From assembly GCA_943788175.1 (NCBI GenBank), contig CALSPG010000005.1, positions 96,001 to 160,000 on the forward strand: 64,000 bases of DNA. The letters run 5' to 3'. The notes beneath the pieces are model-generated. The model was given only the letters and a program-made list of their open reading frames with translations. It did no database searches and had not been told where the DNA came from. This document shows positions 58,153 to 64,000 of the stretch, piece after piece. The position numbers and the translations under genes are program-made. The DNA comes from an uncultured bacterium (GTDB lineage Bacteria > Fidelibacterota > Marinisomatia > Marinisomatales > UBA1611). The number at the start of each line of letters is the position of its first letter. The stretch's first letter is position 1.

Positions 58153-60294
58153 TTGCAAAATTTGAAATACTATATAGCAATATTCGGTTTAATTATGAGT
58201 TCATGTTCAAATAATATATTACCCCCAGATGTAAAAAGAATCCCTAAAGATATGGAAGCGCATGGAGATGTAAGGACTGATAATTATTATTGGATGCGTT
58301 TGACTGATGAGCAAAAGTCTGCAAAAAAATACGATAACCAAACCCAGAGCGTTGTTGATTATATCGATGAAGAAACAAAATATTTAGAAAATAGTTTAAA
58401 GCATACAAAACCACTCCAAAAAACTCTTTATGATGAGATGGTTGGTCGCATAAAAAAAGATGATGAGTCAGTACCTTATTTTGAAAACGAATACTTTTAT
58501 TATTCTCGTTATGAAGAGGGTCTAGAGTATCCAATATATTGCCGAAAATATAAAAGTCTAGAAAATGATGAAGAAATTATTCTAAATGTAAATATCTTAG
58601 CGGAAGGATATGATTATTTTTCAATTGGGGGGATGTCTATTAGTCCTGATAATAAATGGCTGTCTTATGGAGTTGATACTCTTAGTAGAAGATATTATAA
58701 AATATATTTTAAAAACCTTGTGTCTGGTGATGTGTTAGATCAAACTATTCCAAATACTACTGGAGGTGCGGCTTGGGCTAATGATAATAAAACAGTATTT
58801 TACACCTCAAAAAACAAAGTTACGCTTTTAGGGGAAAAAATATTTAGGCATAAGATTAAAACTGATTATAAAAAAGACGTTCTTATGTATTTTGAAAAAG
58901 ATGAAACGTACTATAACGGTGTTTACCGATCGAAATCAGGCCAATATATCATTATTTATAATAGCAGTACCTTAGTAAGTGACTATCATATTTTAGACGC
59001 GAACGACCCTGATGGCCAGTTCGTTAATTTCTCGCCAAGAGGGAAAAAACACGAATATGATATTCAACATTATGAAGATTACTTTTATATAATATCAAAT
59101 AAAGAAGCGCCAAATAACCGTTTAATGCGAACAAAGGTAAATGCGACTGATATATCAAACTGGGAAGAAGTCATCGCACATCGTAAAGATGTTCATTTGT
59201 TAGGACTAGAAATTTTTAAAAATCATTTAGTATTTAGTGAAAGAAGAGACGGACTAAGAGCTATTAGAATAATGAATATGATATCTGGAAATGATAGCTA
59301 TATTGATTTTGAAGAAAGCACCTATTCCGCATACATTTCTACAAACGAGGAATACGACTCAAATATACTGAGATATAGTTATTCTTCAATGTTAACACCC
59401 TCTTCTGTTTATGATTATAACATGGACACCCAAGAAAAAAAATTACTTAAACAAAGTGAGGTTATTGGTAAAGGATATGACCAGAGTCTTTATGATGCAG
59501 AAACTATCTATGCTTCAGCTAGAGATGGTGAAAAAATCCCTGTTTATTTAGTCTATCGTAAAGATTTAAAAAAAGAAGGCCCTCAACCGCTTTTATTGTA
59601 TTCCTATGGTTCCTATGGTTCAACATCAGATCCATACTTTAGCTCTGCAAGGCTAAGTTTGTTAGATCGTGGAATTATCTATGCGTTAACAAATGTAAGG
59701 GGCAGTCAAATTTTTGGCAGACAGTCATACGAAGATGGTAAGCTATTAAAAAAGAAGAACACTTTTTATGATTTTATCGATGCGGGTAAGCACTTGGTCG
59801 AAAAAAAATATACTTCACCTGATCAATTATTTTGTTCTGGAGGAAGTGCTGGCGGTTTATTGATTAGTGCTGTAGTTAATATGGAACCTGATTTATGGAA
59901 AGGGGCTATTACGGCTGTGCCATTTGTTGATGTAGTAACGACGATGTTAGACCCTTCAATACCACTTACTTCTAATGAGTGGGATGAGTGGGGTGATCCA
60001 AGAGAAGAGGAATATTATCATTATATGTTATCTTACTCTCCGTATGATCAAATTGAGAAGAAAAAATACCCTAATATTTTGGTTACTTCGGGTTTTTTTG
60101 ATTCACAGGTTCAATACTGGGAACCACTTAAATATGTCGCAAAACTAAGGGACTTTTGGGTAGGCAATAATAAATTATATTTATATATGAATATGGATGC
60201 TGGACATGGTGGGAAGTCCGGTAGATTTAAAATCTACAAGGAAATCGCTCTTGAGTATGCCTATTTGTTAGATCTAGTTAATATTAAAAGTTAA
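58153..60294 (+). CDS. Oligopeptidase B (S9A), probable lipoprotein
   Basis: HGDVRTDNYYWMR, beta-propeller, YGSYG, GGSAGG, DSQVQYWEP, AGHGG; lipobox-like MSSC. Confidence 0.93.
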   Translation: MQNLKYYIAIFGLIMSSCSNNILPPDVKRIPKDMEAHGDVRTDNYYWMRLTDEQKSAKKYDNQTQSVVDYIDEETKYLENSLKHTKPLQKTLYDEMVGRIKKDDESVPYFENEYFYYSRYEEGLEYPIYCRKYKSLENDEEIILNVNILAEGYDYFSIGGMSISPDNKWLSYGVDTLSRRYYKIYFKNLVSGDVLDQTIPNTTGGAAWANDNKTVFYTSKNKVTLLGEKIFRHKIKTDYKKDVLMYFEKDETYYNGVYRSKSGQYIIIYNSSTLVSDYHILDANDPDGQFVNFSPRGKKHEYDIQHYEDYFYIISNKEAPNNRLMRTKVNATDISNWEEVIAHRKDVHLLGLEIFKNHLVFSERRDGLRAIRIMNMISGNDSYIDFEESTYSAYISTNEEYDSNILRYSYSSMLTPSSVYDYNMDTQEKKLLKQSEVIGKGYDQSLYDAETIYASARDGEKIPVYLVYRKDLKKEGPQPLLLYSYGSYGSTSDPYFSSARLSLLDRGIIYALTNVRGSQIFGRQSYEDGKLLKKKNTFYDFIDAGKHLVEKKYTSPDQLFCSGGSAGGLLISAVVNMEPDLWKGAITAVPFVDVVTTMLDPSIPLTSNEWDEWGDPREEEYYHYMLSYSPYDQIEKKKYPNILVTSGFFDSQVQYWEPLKYVAKLRDFWVGNNKLYLYMNMDAGHGGKSGRFKIYKEIALEYAYLLDLVNIKS

Positions 60295-60309
60295 ATCTAT
60301 AACCATAAG

Positions 60310-61188
60310 ATGAGTAATTCATTACAAGCATATGTTACTATAATTATTTCCACATGTATTTGCATCTTAGTTGCTCTAGCTAGCGCGCAGGGAAGTTTAA
60401 TCCACGGGTCTTTCCCTGTACTTTTTCTTTGTTTGGCAACTACATTCTTCGTTCAATGGCTCGTTTTTTTACCATCATACTATTGGTCAACCGAACGATT
60501 TTATGACTTAACTGGTAGCTTAACTTTTATCGTAGTAGCTACTACAGCTTTTTATTATAAAAATCAATTTTTAGGTAATAGAGTAGATATAAGATCTCAA
60601 GTAATTACAATTTTTATTTTATTATGGGCATTAAGATTGGGAAGTTATTTATTTCTTAGAATTTTGAAAGATAAAGAAGATAGGCGCTTTAAAGATTGGA
60701 AAACTTCGTTTCCTTTATTTTTAAGGACTTGGACCTTGCAAGGGATGTGGATCTTTTTAACCTCTATTGCTGGTTTAACTGTAATCTGTTCTAGAAATAT
60801 TGTAGACCCAGATTTATATTTTTATTTTGGTTGTGGTATATGGGTGTTTGGATTTTTATTTGAATCGATTTCTGATTATCAAAAAAGAAAGTTTAAAATA
60901 GAAAACCCAAAAATGTTTATACAGACTGGATTATGGTCATTATCAAGGCATCCTAATTATTTTGGTGAAATAGTTCTCTGGATTGGAATTGCAATAATTG
61001 CTTTCCCTGTACTAGAAGGGGCTCAGTTTGTTAGCCTAATATCTCCTGTTTTTGTATTTTGGTTATTAACAAAAGTTAGTGGTGTTCCGTTGTTAGAGAA
61101 ACACGCAGACAAAACTTGGGGTAAGAAAAAGGATTATATAAAGTATAAAGAGGATACACCAGTTCTTTTTCCAAAGTTTTTTAAGTGA
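60310..61188 (+). CDS. DUF1295 family membrane protein
   Basis: ERFYDLTGS, WALRLG, EDRRF, D.QK..FK, GLWSLSRHPNYFGE, SGVPLLE. Confidence 0.88.
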   Translation: MSNSLQAYVTIIISTCICILVALASAQGSLIHGSFPVLFLCLATTFFVQWLVFLPSYYWSTERFYDLTGSLTFIVVATTAFYYKNQFLGNRVDIRSQVITIFILLWALRLGSYLFLRILKDKEDRRFKDWKTSFPLFLRTWTLQGMWIFLTSIAGLTVICSRNIVDPDLYFYFGCGIWVFGFLFESISDYQKRKFKIENPKMFIQTGLWSLSRHPNYFGEIVLWIGIAIIAFPVLEGAQFVSLISPVFVFWLLTKVSGVPLLEKHADKTWGKKKDYIKYKEDTPVLFPKFFK

Positions 61189-61195
61189 GTTTTTT

Positions 61196-63616
61196 ATGAT
61201 TTGCAAAAAATTATTTTTTTATAACTTAATTTTTTTCTCTCTGTACGCACAAGAAGACCTAAAATACCAGGTCCCGCCGAAAGAAATTCTTGATTTGATT
61301 GATGTGACCATGCCACCAAGAGTTTTAGTTGATGATAATAAAAACTACATGATTTATCTCTATCGTGATACGTATAAGACTATAGAGGAATTATCTGAAA
61401 AAGAGATGCGGCTTGCAGGGTTAAGAATAAACCCAAAGACTAATATTGGCAGCAGAGTTAGTTATTATAATAATATAAAAATTTCGTCAGTTGGGAATAG
61501 TCCTTCAAAAATTTATGATGTAAAAGGAATGCCAAAAAAACCAAGGCTTTCAAATATAAAATGGTCTCCTGATCAAACAAAAATCGCCATGACAAATACG
61601 ACTAAAGAAGGAGTCGAGCTCTGGATTTTAGATTTAAAAAGTTCAAAATTAAAGAGGTTAACAGGTCCCAAGCTCAATGCAAATTTAGGAAGTGTAATAA
61701 ACTGGTTTAAGGATAGTAAATCATTACTTGTAAAGTTTGTCCCCTTAAAAATTCAGCCTATAATTATGGAGGGCGATTTAATACCTTCCGGTCCTAGGAT
61801 TTCAACCAATGACGGTAAAAAAGCGCAAAATCGAACATATCAAGATCTATTAAAGAATAAGAACGATGAAAAAAACTTTGAGAGTTTAGCGATATCAGAG
61901 CTTTACAAAGTCTCTATAAAAGGGAAAAAGAGATTGTGGAAAAAAAATGATATGTATCGAGACATTAGTTTCTCTCCAGATGGTTCTTACGTATTAGTAT
62001 CAACAATTAAAAAACCTTTTTCATATTTAGTTCCCTATTATAGGTTCCCATCAACATATATAATACATGCAGTAAACAGTAAAGAAGTAAAAAGACTAGC
62101 TAGTATTCCACTTATTGAAGACTTACCAAAAGGTTTTATGGCTGTACGTGAAGGCAAAAGAAGCTTTAAATGGAGATTAGACAAGCCAGCTTCAATTTGT
62201 TTTGTGAGTGCCTTAGACAATGGAGATCCGAATCAAGAAGTCCAATTCAGAGATGAATTATTTCAACTTGATTCTCCTTTTAATAATGATCCAGTTTCAA
62301 TTTTAAAAACTCAAAATAGATATTATCAATCATCTTGGTGTAATGATACTCTAGCGATAGTTTCTGATTATTGGTGGAATAATCGAAATCAAAAAACATA
62401 TCTTTTCAACCCCTCTAACCCTTCCAAAGAGCCTTTGGTTATCTCAGATCGAAACTACCAAGATAGATATAGTGACCCCGGAGATTTTGTTGAGGAAAGA
62501 AATAGATATGGCGAGTATGTGTTATTATTAAGAAATAAAAACTTATTTTTGATAGGAGATGGGTTTTCAGCAGAGGGGCAATTCCCATTTTTAGATGAAC
62601 TAAAAATTAGTACTTTAAAAAAGAAGAGGGTTTATGAGTCAAATATTGAAGGGAAAAAGGAATCTATTAGAGATTTCAACCCAGACGACAATAAACTTTT
62701 TGTAAGGATAGAGTCTCCTAATGAATATCCTAATTACTTTTTTAGAGAGCTAGATGGTGAATTAAATCAAATTACATATTTTACAAACCCTTTTAAAAGT
62801 ATTCAAAATGTTCATAAAGAAGTAATTAAATATAAAAGAGAAGATGGTTTAGATCTCTCAGCAACACTTTACTTGCCAGATGGATATAATTTTAGTCAAA
62901 AAGAAAAGCTACCTATGGTTATGTGGGCTTACCCTAGAGAATACAAAGATAAATCAAGTGCCTCGCAGACGACAAAAAACCCAAATCAATTTACATATCC
63001 ATATGCAGGTTCTCCCATTTATTGGTTAACAAGAGGATATGCCGTTTTAGATAATGTCGCTTTCCCCATAGTCGGTGAAGGGAATAAGCAGCCCAATGAT
63101 GACTTCAGAGTTCAATTAGTTAGTAATGCAAAAGCGGCAATCAATAAAGTAGATAATCTTGGTTATGTTGATGTCGATAGAATTGCAGTTGGCGGACATA
63201 GTTATGGCGCATTTATGGTTGCGAACTTACTTTCCCATTCAAATTATTTTGCGGCAGGAATAGCTAGAAGCGGCGCTTATAATAGGACTCTAACACCATT
63301 TGGTTTTCAAAGTGAAGAAAGAAACTATTGGGAAGCGCCACAGGTATATTACAATATGTCACCTTTCATGCATGCAGATAAACTAAAATCTCCGATTTTA
63401 TTAATCCATGGTGAAGCTGATAATAATTCTGGTACATACCCTTTACAATCTGAAAGATACTTTAATGCTTTAAAGGGGTTAGGGGCAACAGCTAGGCTAG
63501 TAATGCTTCCAAAAGAAAGTCATGGATACAGGGCAAAAGAAAGTATTTTGCATATGCTATGGGAACAAGACACATGGCTAGAAAAATTTGTAAAAAATAA
63601 AAAAGAGATTAATTAA
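61196..63616 (+). CDS. S9-family serine peptidase (glutamyl endopeptidase/S9D-like), secreted
   Basis: YQVPP.EI, LAGLRINP, WAYPREY, GGHSYGAFM, RSGAYNRTLTPFGFQ.E.R, HGEADNN.GT, ESHGY. Confidence 0.9.
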   Translation: MICKKLFFYNLIFFSLYAQEDLKYQVPPKEILDLIDVTMPPRVLVDDNKNYMIYLYRDTYKTIEELSEKEMRLAGLRINPKTNIGSRVSYYNNIKISSVGNSPSKIYDVKGMPKKPRLSNIKWSPDQTKIAMTNTTKEGVELWILDLKSSKLKRLTGPKLNANLGSVINWFKDSKSLLVKFVPLKIQPIIMEGDLIPSGPRISTNDGKKAQNRTYQDLLKNKNDEKNFESLAISELYKVSIKGKKRLWKKNDMYRDISFSPDGSYVLVSTIKKPFSYLVPYYRFPSTYIIHAVNSKEVKRLASIPLIEDLPKGFMAVREGKRSFKWRLDKPASICFVSALDNGDPNQEVQFRDELFQLDSPFNNDPVSILKTQNRYYQSSWCNDTLAIVSDYWWNNRNQKTYLFNPSNPSKEPLVISDRNYQDRYSDPGDFVEERNRYGEYVLLLRNKNLFLIGDGFSAEGQFPFLDELKISTLKKKRVYESNIEGKKESIRDFNPDDNKLFVRIESPNEYPNYFFRELDGELNQITYFTNPFKSIQNVHKEVIKYKREDGLDLSATLYLPDGYNFSQKEKLPMVMWAYPREYKDKSSASQTTKNPNQFTYPYAGSPIYWLTRGYAVLDNVAFPIVGEGNKQPNDDFRVQLVSNAKAAINKVDNLGYVDVDRIAVGGHSYGAFMVANLLSHSNYFAAGIARSGAYNRTLTPFGFQSEERNYWEAPQVYYNMSPFMHADKLKSPILLIHGEADNNSGTYPLQSERYFNALKGLGATARLVMLPKESHGYRAKESILHMLWEQDTWLEKFVKNKKEIN

Positions 63617-63634
63617 ACTTTAATATTAACTCGA

Positions 63635-64000
63635 TTATATAGAGCTTTTTTGCTCCCACTGTTCACATAATAGTCTATACAAAATTCGTTCATTTTCATG
63701 CACGCTCTTGTCAAGCATAATCACTTCTTTAAAGAGCTCTAGATAAGCAATTTTCATATCATCATCTATTTTATTCTTTAAAGACTTACTCAGGTTAACT
63801 ACAAATTTTTTAACCTCATTAATTCCTTTTTCTAATATGCTATCTAAAAACTGCGTTCGTAGTTTAAGCAGTTCTTTATCTTCATCACTGTATCGATCTA
63901 AAATAACATTTAGATATTTTTTTTCATCAGATGAATATTCATAATCACAGTTTGAAATAACATAAGAAATATCAAACATCACAAGCTCTAATAAATGATT
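63635..64000 (-). CDS. TerB-like (tellurite resistance fold) protein, 5' truncated
   Basis: The frame is open to the window end; paired motifs CDYEYSSDEKKYL and LDKSVHENERILY are typical of TerB-like helical domains. Confidence 0.6.
   Translation of the reverse strand, partial: NHLLELVMFDISYVISNCDYEYSSDEKKYLNVILDRYSDEDKELLKLRTQFLDSILEKGINEVKKFVVNLSKSLKNKIDDDMKIAYLELFKEVIMLDKSVHENERILYRLLCEQWEQKSSI

Noticed and set aside
58064-58160. tRNA-Asn as the integration site of a genomic island
   Set aside because: No integrase, no duplicated tRNA 3' end that I could find and no compositional shift; the flanking genes are ordinary metabolic genes.
1-64000. CRISPR arrays, IS elements, prophage or defence systems
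   Set aside because: No repeat-spacer arrays, transposases, integrases or phage genes were seen, and nearly all sequence is accounted for by tightly packed genes. The lone partial TerB-like gene is not enough to call a ter or defence locus.

Overview
An AT-rich, very densely packed bacterial chromosome segment: gene boundaries often overlap or lie a few bases apart, and no mobile element, CRISPR array or rRNA is visible. The gene families are FCB-superphylum-like, consistent with a streamlined marine heterotroph such as Marinimicrobia/SAR406 (inference, not proven). In order, the window holds: a partial LPP20-like gene, carAB, an M1 aminopeptidase and DUF6702-like neighbour, an amidase, a GHL10 protein, a TolC-MFP-ABC (MacAB-like) exporter, a long kdsB-pyrG-kdsA-kdsC-lptC-lptB-rpoN-hflKC-hslVU-argF run, a TonB-dependent-receptor-like barrel, an lpxH / HEAT-lipoprotein / multidomain-protein operon divergent from a peptidase-PD40-Omp85 gene, radA-tgt-NUDIX-LtaS-like genes, a Tyr/Phe catabolic operon, a sodium:solute symporter module, kynA, a long-form aromatic amino acid hydroxylase, tRNA-Asn(GUU), two S9 peptidases and a partial TerB-like gene. 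The main hidden feature, missed by the ORF track, is a complete BCP/PrxQ peroxiredoxin at 42893-43348. Its peroxidatic Cys codon is an in-frame UGA followed by a SECIS-like stem-loop, so it is a probable selenoprotein. Other points of interest are a symporter with an apparent double-psi beta-barrel tail and a small membrane partner, a P-loop-less acyl-CoA-synthetase remnant, a Tgt lacking its zinc ligands, a plant-like OTC, an animal-like long TDO and two ECF-sigma-type promoters. carA, the Omp85 gene and phhA carry frameshifts that are most likely sequencing indels. All family assignments come from motif recognition by eye; no searches were run.
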